Of a stretch of 32,000 nt of DNA, positions 1 through 8,754 are shown piece by piece. Position 1 is the first letter of the stretch. Every line of letters begins with the position of its first letter. The notes below the pieces were generated by a model, which saw only the letters and a list, made by a program, of their open reading frames with translations, did not search any database and was not told the DNA's origin. This stretch comes from Candidatus Saccharimonadota bacterium (GTDB lineage: Bacteria > Patescibacteriota > Saccharimonadia > Saccharimonadales > Saccharimonadaceae): positions 480,001-512,000 of the forward strand of contig CP060232.1 of the NCBI GenBank assembly GCA_023898645.1, written 5' to 3'. A program made the translations under genes and the position numbers.

Positions 1-260
1 GCAAGTGGGAGTCTTTTGGCTGGCACGTGCAAGAAGTCGACGGACATAATATCGAAAGCATTGTAGACGCTGCCAGTATGGCTCGAGCAATTACCAACAA
101 ACCAAGCGTTATAATCACACACACGATACCCGGCAAGGGCGTTGATTTTATGGAATACGACTATCACTGGCACGGTGCGCCACCAAACGCAGAGCAAGCA
201 AAGGACGCGTTGCACAAACTACGCACGCTAGACGGTAAGATCAAGGGGGAGCACGAGTAA
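1..260 (+). CDS. Transketolase N-terminal (TPP-binding) subunit, 3' end only; the gene continues upstream of the window
   Basis: Frame 3 is open from nt 3 (KWESFGWHVQEVDGHN...). The tail ...DYHWHGAPPNAEQAKDAL looks like the C-terminus of split-transketolase N subunits. The TAA stop at 258-260 overlaps the next ATG (TAATG). Confidence 0.85.
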   Translation, partial: KWESFGWHVQEVDGHNIESIVDAASMARAITNKPSVIITHTIPGKGVDFMEYDYHWHGAPPNAEQAKDALHKLRTLDGKIKGEHE

Positions 261-1258
261 TGAGCCACTATCAACTTTCTGACAAGCTATTTACAGACGA
301 CCAGGGAAGTGAGCCAATTCGTGCTGGTTTTGGACGAGGTCTAAAGGCTGCTGGCGAAGCGAATGAAAATATCGTTGCACTTTGCGCTGACCTGACCGAT
401 AGTACGCAGATGAGCAAGTTTAAAGAAGCTTTTCCGGAACGTTTCGTAGAGATTGGCGTGGCGGAGCAGAACCTCGTGACGGTCGCAAGTGGCATGGCTC
501 GTGTCGGCAAGATTCCTTTTACGAGTAGTTACGCTGCATTTAGTCCTGGCCGCAACTGGGAGCAAATCCGCACGACGGCATGTTTGAATGATCAGCCTGT
601 CAAGGTTGTTGGAAGTCATGCGGGCGTGAGCGTAGGGCCGGATGGCGCTACTCACCAGATGCTTGAAGACATTGCGCTTATGCGCGTTCTGCCAAATATG
701 GTTGTCGTTGCTCCTGGAGATGGCATAGAAGCAGAGAAGGCCACGAAGGCCATAGCTGAAAATGGCAAGCCTAGCTATCTGCGCCTAGCTCGCGAAAAAA
801 CGCCGATCTTTAGTACCGAGCATTCACCTTTTGAAATAGGCAAGGCCTACGTACTGCGAGAAGGCTATGACGTTAGTCTGCTGGGTACCGGCACGATGAC
901 CTACCAGATGCTTGCAGCGGCCGTGGAGCTTGAAAAGCATGGCATCAGTGCCGAAGTGGTACATGTGCCGACGATCAAGCCACTTGACGACCATACGATT
1001 TTGGCGAGTGCCAAAAAAACCGGTCGTGTTGTGACGGCGGAGGAAGCGCAAATTAGCGGTGGGTTTGGTGCTGCAGTGGCGGAACTATTGTCTGAACATC
1101 TGCCAACTCCACTGAAGCGTATTGGTATGATGGACCGGTTTGGCGAGTCTGGCACACCGGATGAATTGCTAACGCACTTCGGTTTGACAGGTGATAAAAT
1201 TGCGCACACCGTGAAAGAGTTTGTAAGTGAAAAACCACAATATCATAGGGAATTTTAG
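260..1258 (+). CDS. Transketolase C-terminal subunit (pyrimidine-binding plus C-terminal domains)
   Basis: 332 aa. FVEIGVAEQNLV, GPDGATHQMLEDIALMR and HVPTIKPLD are typical transketolase Pyr/C-domain motifs. The start overlaps the upstream stop. Confidence 0.9.
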   Translation: MSHYQLSDKLFTDDQGSEPIRAGFGRGLKAAGEANENIVALCADLTDSTQMSKFKEAFPERFVEIGVAEQNLVTVASGMARVGKIPFTSSYAAFSPGRNWEQIRTTACLNDQPVKVVGSHAGVSVGPDGATHQMLEDIALMRVLPNMVVVAPGDGIEAEKATKAIAENGKPSYLRLAREKTPIFSTEHSPFEIGKAYVLREGYDVSLLGTGTMTYQMLAAAVELEKHGISAEVVHVPTIKPLDDHTILASAKKTGRVVTAEEAQISGGFGAAVAELLSEHLPTPLKRIGMMDRFGESGTPDELLTHFGLTGDKIAHTVKEFVSEKPQYHREF

Positions 1259-1273
1259 GGAGGGGCTATTGCG

Positions 1274-2185
1274 ATGAGTTTAACAATTCCATATATCAGG
1301 GCTAATACCATGAGGGCAAGGCACCTGTACCAGCGCACGCGAAGTCAGCATTTTGCCGTTGGTGCGTTTAATATCGATAACCAGGAAACTTTGATAGCTG
1401 TAGCACGTGCGGCACAGAAGCTGAAATCTCCAGTGCTTGTTGAAGTTAGTCATGGTGAAGTAAAAGCCATTGGTCTAGAAAACATTCGCGATATGGTCGA
1501 TAACTACAAAGAAGAATTTGGCGTAGAAATGTATATTAATCTTGACCACAGTCCATCTGTTGACGATTGTAAGCGCGCTATCGATGCTGGTTTTGAGTTT
1601 ATTCATATCGACATAAGCCAAGAAAACCATGACGCTAGCTTGCAAGACATCATTGCCAAGACAAAAGAGGTGGTGGATTATGCCAAATTTACCGGAGCGT
1701 TGGTAGAGAGCGAGCCGCACTACTTCGGCGGTTCGTCAAATGTCCACACAGAGAAGATTGACTACGAAGCAATTAAAAAGACGTTTAGCACACCCGAGGG
1801 TGCCAAGTATTTTATCGACATGACAGGTATTGATACATTTGCCGCTGCAGTTGGCAATTTACATGGTAAGTACCCAGTGCCTAAAGAACTCGATCTTGAG
1901 CTATTGCAGCAGATCCGCGACAGTATTGACTGTCAAATCAGTTTGCACGGAGGTTCTGGTACTCCTTTGCATTTCTTTGAAGATGCCGCTAAGATCGGCG
2001 TGAGCAAGATCAATATAAATAGTGATATGCGCTATGTTTTCCGAAAAACTTTGGAAAAGGTGTTAAAAGAGAACCCCGACGAATATGCCATTGTTAAATT
2101 AATGCCGGAAGTCTACGGTGCTGTCCAAGAAGTTGTCGAAGAAAAGATTCATGCGTTTGGCAGTGTTGGCAAGGCAGTCGTCTAG
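1274..2185 (+). CDS. fba: Class II fructose/ketose-bisphosphate aldolase
   Basis: 303 aa. NLDH, GNLHGKY and SLHGGSGTP are class II aldolase metal/substrate motifs. SD GGGAGGGG (1258-1265) lies 8 nt before the ATG. Confidence 0.85.
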   Translation: MSLTIPYIRANTMRARHLYQRTRSQHFAVGAFNIDNQETLIAVARAAQKLKSPVLVEVSHGEVKAIGLENIRDMVDNYKEEFGVEMYINLDHSPSVDDCKRAIDAGFEFIHIDISQENHDASLQDIIAKTKEVVDYAKFTGALVESEPHYFGGSSNVHTEKIDYEAIKKTFSTPEGAKYFIDMTGIDTFAAAVGNLHGKYPVPKELDLELLQQIRDSIDCQISLHGGSGTPLHFFEDAAKIGVSKININSDMRYVFRKTLEKVLKENPDEYAIVKLMPEVYGAVQEVVEEKIHAFGSVGKAVV

Positions 2186-2207
2186 TCGACATGCCCTATA
2201 AAGGTTA

Positions 2208-2216
2208 TGGTATACT
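2208..2216 (+). promoter_or_regulatory. Extended -10 box TGgTATACT, 9 nt upstream of ATG 2226 (leaderless or near-leaderless)
   Basis: Read directly from the sequence. There is no SD between the box and the ATG. Confidence 0.5.
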
Positions 2217-2225
2217 AATAACAAT

Positions 2226-3215
2226 ATGAGTGGAACAAACATAAAAATCATCGCAGTTGGTGCAGCAGTCCAGGACGTATTTTTAAGCGATAGTGATGAA
2301 TTCGAACCTGTGAGCGACAAGTCGGCACACGAACAATTTATGAGATTAGAGCTTGGTGCAAAGGCTGATGTGAATCACATTACTTTTAGTACCGGCGGTG
2401 GCGCGACTAACGCAGCTGTAACGTTTGCACGGCAGGGGCTACATGCCGTGTTTATGGGTACGGTTGGTCGAGATCCGGCAGGTCACGCCGTACTGCAGGC
2501 GCTTGACGACGAGGGCGTTAATACATCCCATGTAAGTTATAGCGAGAAGTTCAGCACTGGCTACTCGGTGCTGCTGTTAGCTCCCACTGGTGAGCGAACA
2601 ATTTTGACTTATCGCGGAGCATCGACGCACTATCATGAAAAGGATTTTAACATCCACGGTATTGATGCCGATTGGATGTATGTGTCGTCAATGTCGGGTA
2701 ATTTTGATGTGCTTCATAAATTATTCAAACAGGCTCGACAGATGGGTATCAAGGTGATGTTCAACCCTGGCAAGGGTGAACTGAATCATCCGAACAAGCT
2801 GCGTGCCCTACTGGAAGACGTCGAAGTTTTGTCTGTAAACAAAGATGAGATGGAGCTGCTTGTCGAAGGGCAGAGTATGGAAGAGCTTGTTGTCCACGGT
2901 TTGAACTATGTGCCGGTTGTCATAGTAAGCGACGGGCCAAACGGTGTTTGCTCCTCTGACGGCAAGACTATCGTAAAGGCGGGCATGTATCAGGATGTAA
3001 AAGTGATTGACCGTACAGGTGCTGGAGACTCATTTGGATCAGGCTTTCTTAGCCAATGGGCCCAGGGCAAGTCGCTTGTCGACAGTATTATCTTCGCTAG
3101 TGCCAACTCCACTTCAGTGGTGCAATATATCGGCGCTAAAACGGGAATTTTACATAAGAACGTGAAGTTGCACCATATGCCGCTCCACGAGCAAGTACTT
3201 AAAGCCAAAACATAA
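2226..3215 (+). CDS. PfkB-family carbohydrate/nucleoside kinase (ribokinase-like)
   Basis: 329 aa. It has an N-terminal GAAVQDVF...GGGATNAA region and the C-terminal PfkB signature DRTGAGDSFGSGF. The substrate cannot be determined from sequence. Confidence 0.8.
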   Translation: MSGTNIKIIAVGAAVQDVFLSDSDEFEPVSDKSAHEQFMRLELGAKADVNHITFSTGGGATNAAVTFARQGLHAVFMGTVGRDPAGHAVLQALDDEGVNTSHVSYSEKFSTGYSVLLLAPTGERTILTYRGASTHYHEKDFNIHGIDADWMYVSSMSGNFDVLHKLFKQARQMGIKVMFNPGKGELNHPNKLRALLEDVEVLSVNKDEMELLVEGQSMEELVVHGLNYVPVVIVSDGPNGVCSSDGKTIVKAGMYQDVKVIDRTGAGDSFGSGFLSQWAQGKSLVDSIIFASANSTSVVQYIGAKTGILHKNVKLHHMPLHEQVLKAKT

Positions 3216-3218
3216 GCA

Positions 3219-3227
3219 TGATATAAT
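3219..3227 (+). promoter_or_regulatory. Extended -10 box TGaTATAAT, 10 nt upstream of ATG 3238
   Basis: Read directly from the sequence. There is no SD. Confidence 0.5.
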
Positions 3228-3237
3228 TTTTTATAGT

Positions 3238-4755
3238 ATGACTCACACGTTGAAACAACTTTTGGGCAATGATCATCCTCTGTTTGTGGCAAATTTAGTG
3301 GCGCTTGAAAAAGCCGTCGGTAATGACGGCGTCGATGCGAAATTACTTGGTGACATCATTGAGCGTGGGCATGAGGTATTGCGTAGCGTAGGCCTTGATC
3401 CTGCAGATACGACAGGAGTCGAAGCATATAGGGCTCTCAGTAATATAGCCGGTAATGAAGCGTCTCGCGGGAAGCTTCGTGATACTGATTTTGTTTTGTT
3501 GCTGTTTGGTGACGATCTCGTTTCCTTTAATCTTCATGACATCATAGAAAATTCGCACCATCAGCTTAAATTCGAAAATCGCGTACTGGGCCATGCGCAA
3601 CGTCATCTGAGGGCTGAAATTGTCCGACGTTACGCCGAGCATGACCGTTCGAATAATGAGTTAGTGCATGAATTAGCGCATGAAATCGGACTTAAGCCAG
3701 AGTCGGACGAAGGGCACCATGATATACATAAGGAGGTTTCAAAGGATATGAGTCAGCAGGTACCAAGAGTATTAGCGGTCGGTGATATTTTCACGGATGC
3801 GTTTATTAAATTGAACGAAGAAGTTGCACGAGTCGACACTGATCCTGATGGCAGCAAACGCATCAGCTTGCCGCTCGGAAATAAGCCGCCGTATGATGGT
3901 GTGGACATAGTCAGGGCTGTCGGACCTTCACCAAATGCTGCCGTATCGATGGCAAGGCTTGGGCTAGAGCCATCACTACTGGCTTTTATGGGTGATGATC
4001 AAGTCGCTATTGACGCGCGAGAGTATCTGAAAAGTGAGGGCGTTTCGGACGAGCTACTTTCATTACAGGAAGGTCAGAAGTCTAGTTATTATTATGTACT
4101 CCGTTATGGTGCGGAGCGAACGATTTTGGTTAAAAATGAAGACTATGATTACGTATGGAAGGAACCGACTGAGGAGCCTGCGTGGATTTATTTGTCACTG
4201 CTGAGTGATAAGTCGTGGAAGCTGCATGAAGACATGCTCAAATACCTACACGACCATCCGAATGTCAAATTTGCCTTTCAGCCAGGAACATTCCATTTTA
4301 AATGGGGGGTCGAAAAATTAAAGGACTTTTATAGCCGTAGTCACATCGTAGTGTTGAACCGCGAAGAAGCTATGGATATTACCGGTAAGCCTCATGATCC
4401 CATCGGAGAATTGACAAAGGCCGTGCACGACCTCGGGCCGCAAATTGTCGTGATTACAGACGGTCCGAACGGTTCGTTTGCATCGTACGACTGGAAGCTC
4501 GTTACCATTCCTAATTATCCCGATCCGGGCCCTCCAGTTGATCGTACCGGTGCGGGCGACGCATTTGCGTCTACGATTGTTGCAGCGCTTGCGTTAGGCG
4601 AATCAATGGATACGGCTCTCACGTGGGCGCCTATAAATAGCATGAGTGTCGTACAGCAGATTGGAGCGCAGACTGGACTGCTTTCGCGCGAAAAGATTAT
4701 GGAATATTTGAAAAACGCCCCTGAAGACTATAGGGTAACGGAGATCAAAGAGTGA
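3238..4755 (+). CDS. Two-domain protein: unknown ~175-aa N-terminal domain plus a C-terminal PfkB-family kinase
   Basis: 505 aa. The region from about aa 177 (VLAVGDIFTDAF...) to the end carries the PfkB signature DRTGAGDAFAST. I do not recognise aa 1-175. An internal AAGGAGG plus ATG (3748) sits at the domain junction. Confidence 0.75.
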   Translation: MTHTLKQLLGNDHPLFVANLVALEKAVGNDGVDAKLLGDIIERGHEVLRSVGLDPADTTGVEAYRALSNIAGNEASRGKLRDTDFVLLLFGDDLVSFNLHDIIENSHHQLKFENRVLGHAQRHLRAEIVRRYAEHDRSNNELVHELAHEIGLKPESDEGHHDIHKEVSKDMSQQVPRVLAVGDIFTDAFIKLNEEVARVDTDPDGSKRISLPLGNKPPYDGVDIVRAVGPSPNAAVSMARLGLEPSLLAFMGDDQVAIDAREYLKSEGVSDELLSLQEGQKSSYYYVLRYGAERTILVKNEDYDYVWKEPTEEPAWIYLSLLSDKSWKLHEDMLKYLHDHPNVKFAFQPGTFHFKWGVEKLKDFYSRSHIVVLNREEAMDITGKPHDPIGELTKAVHDLGPQIVVITDGPNGSFASYDWKLVTIPNYPDPGPPVDRTGAGDAFASTIVAALALGESMDTALTWAPINSMSVVQQIGAQTGLLSREKIMEYLKNAPEDYRVTEIKE

Positions 4756-5360
4756 GATACCAAATCTGCGTCTCTGGTGCGGCGAGCGGCGAAACTGTCA
4801 CCGCCTCGCATCAGTTGGCGTACGATTTAGGCAAGGCGATTGCTGATGCCGGTAAGACGTTACTGACCGGCGCTACTGTCGGTTTACCCCACTATGCAGC
4901 GCAAGGTTTTGTGAGCGTCAAGGGCTCAAAGGGCATATCAATTGGCTTTAGTCCCGCTAGTTCGTTTCGTGAGCACGTAGCAACGTATAAATTGCCAACA
5001 AAAGAGTTTGATTATATCAACTTTACTAGTATGGAATACGTTGGGCGAGACGTGCATTTGGTGCGGAGTAGCGATGCTGTCATTACCGTTGGTGGCCGCA
5101 TGGGTAGTTTGCACGAACTAGCGACAGCGCTTGAAAGCCGCAAGGTTTGTGGCGTATTACTCGGTAGTGGAGGCCTGGCCGACTATGTGCCAACACTGCT
5201 TGAGAACGTCGAAGCTCCAGGTGCGAAAGACGTTATTTACGATACTGATCCTGCTCGATTGCTGAGTAAAGTCATCAAGGCGTTAGACGTAAAATATGCA
5301 GATTTCAAAGATGATGGCAAAGACAGTCAGCTTGCCAATCGCTATAGTAAAAACGGTTAG
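4752..5360 (+). CDS. LOG/TIGR00725-like Rossmann-fold protein (lysine-decarboxylase-like family), divergent
   Basis: 202 aa. Its N-terminus ICVSGAASG...LGKAIADAGKTLLTGATVG and the later VITVGGRMGSLHELATAL resemble the LOG/TIGR00725 GGxGTxxE region, with one extra residue. The GTG start overlaps the upstream TGA (GTGA), and GGAG lies 9 nt upstream. Confidence 0.5.
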   Translation: MRYQICVSGAASGETVTASHQLAYDLGKAIADAGKTLLTGATVGLPHYAAQGFVSVKGSKGISIGFSPASSFREHVATYKLPTKEFDYINFTSMEYVGRDVHLVRSSDAVITVGGRMGSLHELATALESRKVCGVLLGSGGLADYVPTLLENVEAPGAKDVIYDTDPARLLSKVIKALDVKYADFKDDGKDSQLANRYSKNG

Positions 5361-5761
5361 TCGTTATCTTGGTCTTCGTCACCACGTTTGATGATATGCC
5401 CACCAGAATCATCGTCTGAATTCTCATTTAGCATATCAAAAAGAGTAGGTTGGTCATCGTCCTCAGGAGTTCCGTAGAGGATATTTTCTTCACCGAAAGG
5501 TGATATTCGATTGTTCATGGCTGTCATAAAATCAGGCTGTTCAATGCCTAACTCATTTATAACTTCACATGTGACACGGGCACTTCGAGGTAAGTCTGAC
5601 TCTTGCGTGGCTTTCTCGTGAGGCATCACATCGGCACTTTCAAGGCTGATTTTGCCTAGGGTATGTAGTTTGCCGGTTATTTTTAGCAGGTATTCGATAT
5701 CAGTCAAAAAGCATCTAATCGCCTCATCATTGTCTGACAGTGGTCGTTCGAAATGATTCAT
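5357..5761 (-). CDS. Hypothetical acidic protein (134 aa)
   Basis: The ORF has its own -10 box 7 nt upstream of the ATG. In the C-terminal 38 aa, 14 residues are D/E. I recognise no domain. Confidence 0.6.
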   Translation of the reverse strand: MNHFERPLSDNDEAIRCFLTDIEYLLKITGKLHTLGKISLESADVMPHEKATQESDLPRSARVTCEVINELGIEQPDFMTAMNNRISPFGEENILYGTPEDDDQPTLFDMLNENSDDDSGGHIIKRGDEDQDND

Positions 5762-5768
5762 TTTTATA

Positions 5769-5777
5769 TAATAACAT
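5769..5777 (-). promoter_or_regulatory. Extended -10 box TGtTATTAT (minus strand), 7 nt upstream of ATG 5761
   Basis: The reverse complement of ataataaca gives the box. There is no SD. Confidence 0.5.
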
Positions 5778-5829
5778 TTTTAGCTTTAAAAAGCAACTTC
5801 AAGTGAGATAGATGAAATGTACTGTGCTA

Positions 5830-5859
5830 TTGAAAATATGCTGAATGAAGTGATATACT
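5830..5859 (+). promoter_or_regulatory. Sigma70-like promoter TTGAAA-18 nt-TGaTATACT for the 5899 gene (leadered, AAAGGA SD)
   Basis: The hexamers and spacing were read directly from the sequence. Confidence 0.5.
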
Positions 5860-5898
5860 CCATATAAGCATAACCAATAAATAAAGGAACATACTTCC

Positions 5899-6708
5899 AT
5901 GCAAAAACAGACAGGAAGCGTACATGCAGTTATTATCATACTTTTAACACTTGGACTCATCGGCTCGGTTGGATTTATATTTTGGCAGAATTTTATTGTA
6001 AATGGTCCTACTCGAGGAGCCGTACAGTCAAATAAGTCAACAAAGAGCGATGTGGTAAAAGCTGAAATCGTTGAGGTTAAGAAAAAAACTTATTGTGCTA
6101 CATTCGAAAAAGTCTGTTTTGAATATCCTGAAAAGTGGACTATCAAACAGGTGGATGAACTAAGTGGAGATTCGAAAGATGCATTTACTATCGCTGATCC
6201 AGAAAACACGGTTGTTCTTGCATTTCAGTCGGGCATTGGCGCTAATGACGGCTCGTGTTGCGGACCTATGCCCGAAGGTCCAGTGACTATTATTAGCTCT
6301 CAGAAGGTACCGCACTTCGGAGAAGTAGCGTCAAGTCAATATGATAAAGATCGGTCAAACGGCGTCTATGTTAGCGAAGTTGTGACAACTAGCGTCAAGG
6401 GTGTATTTCCCGATCCGAGCGAGCCTATCGTCAACAGTGTTATCAAAGGCTATATTCCTCAGCTTGTTCTTCATAATTCCCTTACGCTAGCAAAAAAGCA
6501 AACAGTAACACGGATAAACGGTAATATAACAGGCGACAGCTACATAAACGGACAGCAGAATGGAACTATTTTTTTATTTGGTACGGTTACGTTTAGTATA
6601 AAGTCAACGCCAAAGATTTTCTCGTCACTGAATGAGGCAAAAGCGCAGTTGAAGGGCACTAGTTTCCAGCAGGCAAAGGCAATTTTGCTCTCTGCTCATT
6701 ATGAGTAA
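5899..6708 (+). CDS. Hypothetical membrane-anchored/exported protein (269 aa)
   Basis: It has a single N-terminal hydrophobic segment (VHAVIIILLTLGLIGSVGFIFW) and AAAGGA upstream of the ATG. I recognise no domain. Confidence 0.65.
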   Translation: MQKQTGSVHAVIIILLTLGLIGSVGFIFWQNFIVNGPTRGAVQSNKSTKSDVVKAEIVEVKKKTYCATFEKVCFEYPEKWTIKQVDELSGDSKDAFTIADPENTVVLAFQSGIGANDGSCCGPMPEGPVTIISSQKVPHFGEVASSQYDKDRSNGVYVSEVVTTSVKGVFPDPSEPIVNSVIKGYIPQLVLHNSLTLAKKQTVTRINGNITGDSYINGQQNGTIFLFGTVTFSIKSTPKIFSSLNEAKAQLKGTSFQQAKAILLSAHYE

Positions 6709-6724
6709 ATAAAGATGACTAGTC

Positions 6725-6730
6725 TATAAT
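6725..6730 (+). promoter_or_regulatory. -10 box TATAAT, 7 nt upstream of the uvrB ATG at 6738
   Basis: Read directly from the sequence. There is no SD. Confidence 0.5.
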
Positions 6731-6737
6731 GATATAG

Positions 6738-8708
6738 ATGAGTCAAAAATTCCGACTTGAGACGAACTACCAGCCGACAGGTGATCAGCCGACGGCTATT
6801 GCTCAATTGGTCAAAGGTTTGGAAAATGGCGAGCATGAACAAACGCTCCTAGGCGTGACTGGTAGTGGTAAAACTTTTACCATGGCAAATATTATTCAGA
6901 ATCGTCAGACACCAACTTTGGTGCTGGCGCACAACAAAACCCTTGCTGCTCAGTTGTATAGTGAATTCAAGGCGTTTTTTCCAGATAACGAAGTTCATTA
7001 CTTTGTCAGCTATTTTGACTACTACCAGCCCGAGGCATACATAAGTTCCAGTGATACTTATATTGAAAAAGACAGCAAGATAAATGATGAGATTGATCGC
7101 TTGCGCCATGCAGCGACAACTGCGCTATTAACACGACGTGACACCATAATCGTGGCGAGTGTTAGTTGTATATACGGCATAGGTAACCCTGATGATTATG
7201 CGGACATGTCAATCCACCTCACGACAGGGGAGCGGAGATTGCAGGACAAATTCGTACGCCAGTTGACCGATATTCAGTATCAGCGTAACGATATAGATTT
7301 TCATCGTGGCACATTTCGTGTAAAGGGCGATGTGGTTGACGTATTTCCGGCAGGAAGCGATGTAGCCTACAGAATTGAATTTTTCGGAGATCAAATAGAC
7401 CGTATAACGCGCATTGATCCACTTACGGGTGAGATATTGGGTGAGCCAAACGAGTTACAGATATTTCCATCAAGCCACTATGTTACGCCAAAGGAAAAGC
7501 TGGCGTTTGCCATCGAAAAGATAAAAGACGAGTTTGATAGTCGACTGAAATGGTTTACGGATCATGACAAACATTTGGAAGCGCAACGGCTTGCCCAGAG
7601 AACAAAGTATGACATTGAGATGCTGGAGCAAACCGGATTTGTGAAGGGTATTGAAAACTACAGCCGGTACTTAACGAATCGCGAGCCTGGCGAGCAGCCG
7701 GCAACATTGCTTGATTACTTTCCAGACGACTGGCTGCTATTGGTAGACGAAAGTCACCAATCACTACCCCAGGTAAGGGGTATGTATAACGGCGACCGAG
7801 CGCGCAAAGAGGTGCTGGTAGATTATGGCTTCCGTTTACCGTCGGCTCTCGACAACAGGCCGCTTCGGTTTGATGAGTTCGAGAGACATGTTAATCAGGC
7901 GATTTATGTATCTGCCACACCAGGGGATTATGAGCTAGCGCATAGCCCCGCACCAGCGCAGCAGATTATTCGCCCGACTGGTCTGCTTGATCCGCAGATC
8001 GTCATTAAGCCGACTAAGGGACAAATTGATGATTTGATTGCTGAAATTCGAGATAGAACAGCAAAGGGTCAGCGCGTACTCGTAACGACGCTCACGAAAC
8101 GTATGGCCGAAGACCTGAGCCAATATTTGCAAGACTTAGATATTAAAACAGCGTATATACATAGTGATGTAGATACGATGGAACGAGGTGATATATTAAA
8201 CGATCTTCGTAGTGGTGTATATGATGTATTGGTCGGCATTAACTTGCTCCGTGAAGGGCTCGATTTACCGGAAGTGAGTATGGTAGCAATTATGGATGCT
8301 GATAAAGAAGGTTTTTTGCGTAGCGAAAGTGCACTTATACAGACGATTGGTCGTGCAGCTCGTCATATTGACGGCACAGTTTTTCTGTATGCCGATAAAA
8401 TAACGCGTTCTATGCAGGCGGCAATCGACGAAACTAATCGTCGTCGTTCCATTCAGGAAAAGTACAACGTCGACCACAACATCACTCCGGTTTCGATTGA
8501 AAAGGAGATTAGTGAAGGTTTGAGGGCTATTATTCCGAAAAAAGCCGATGACAAGCCAAAACTTGATCTCAAAAAGATACCAAAAGATGAGTACGCAAGC
8601 CTTATTAAAGACTTGTCAGGTCAGATGGATCTTGCGAGTGCTAATCTGGAATTCGAAAAAGCGGCAGAGCTTCGCGATTTGATCTCGGAAATTCGTTCAA
8701 AAATGTAA
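6738..8708 (+). CDS. uvrB: Excinuclease ABC subunit B
   Basis: 656 aa. It shows Walker [13 protein letters not shown], helicase motifs, YADKIT and the C-terminal UVR domain ([10 protein letters not shown]). Confidence 0.97.
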   Translation: MSQKFRLETNYQPTGDQPTAIAQLVKGLENGEHEQTLLGVTGSGKTFTMANIIQNRQTPTLVLAHNKTLAAQLYSEFKAFFPDNEVHYFVSYFDYYQPEAYISSSDTYIEKDSKINDEIDRLRHAATTALLTRRDTIIVASVSCIYGIGNPDDYADMSIHLTTGERRLQDKFVRQLTDIQYQRNDIDFHRGTFRVKGDVVDVFPAGSDVAYRIEFFGDQIDRITRIDPLTGEILGEPNELQIFPSSHYVTPKEKLAFAIEKIKDEFDSRLKWFTDHDKHLEAQRLAQRTKYDIEMLEQTGFVKGIENYSRYLTNREPGEQPATLLDYFPDDWLLLVDESHQSLPQVRGMYNGDRARKEVLVDYGFRLPSALDNRPLRFDEFERHVNQAIYVSATPGDYELAHSPAPAQQIIRPTGLLDPQIVIKPTKGQIDDLIAEIRDRTAKGQRVLVTTLTKRMAEDLSQYLQDLDIKTAYIHSDVDTMERGDILNDLRSGVYDVLVGINLLREGLDLPEVSMVAIMDADKEGFLRSESALIQTIGRAARHIDGTVFLYADKITRSMQAAIDETNRRRSIQEKYNVDHNITPVSIEKEISEGLRAIIPKKADDKPKLDLKKIPKDEYASLIKDLSGQMDLASANLEFEKAAELRDLISEIRSKM

Positions 8709-8754
8709 TCGAGCTACACTTGTCATGCCTGTTATGCTACACTAAAGCATAAGC

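Noticed and set aside
260-1258. Split transketolase (separate N and C subunit genes) as a novelty.
   Set aside because: Split tkt genes are well known in archaea and many bacteria, so this is not unusual.
8713-8743. An 8-nt direct repeat GCTACACT (8713-8720 and 8736-8743) between uvrB and the 892-aa gene.
   Set aside because: It is short enough to arise by chance. The second copy overlaps a plausible -10 region (TGtTATGCT/TACACT). I have no further evidence for an operator.
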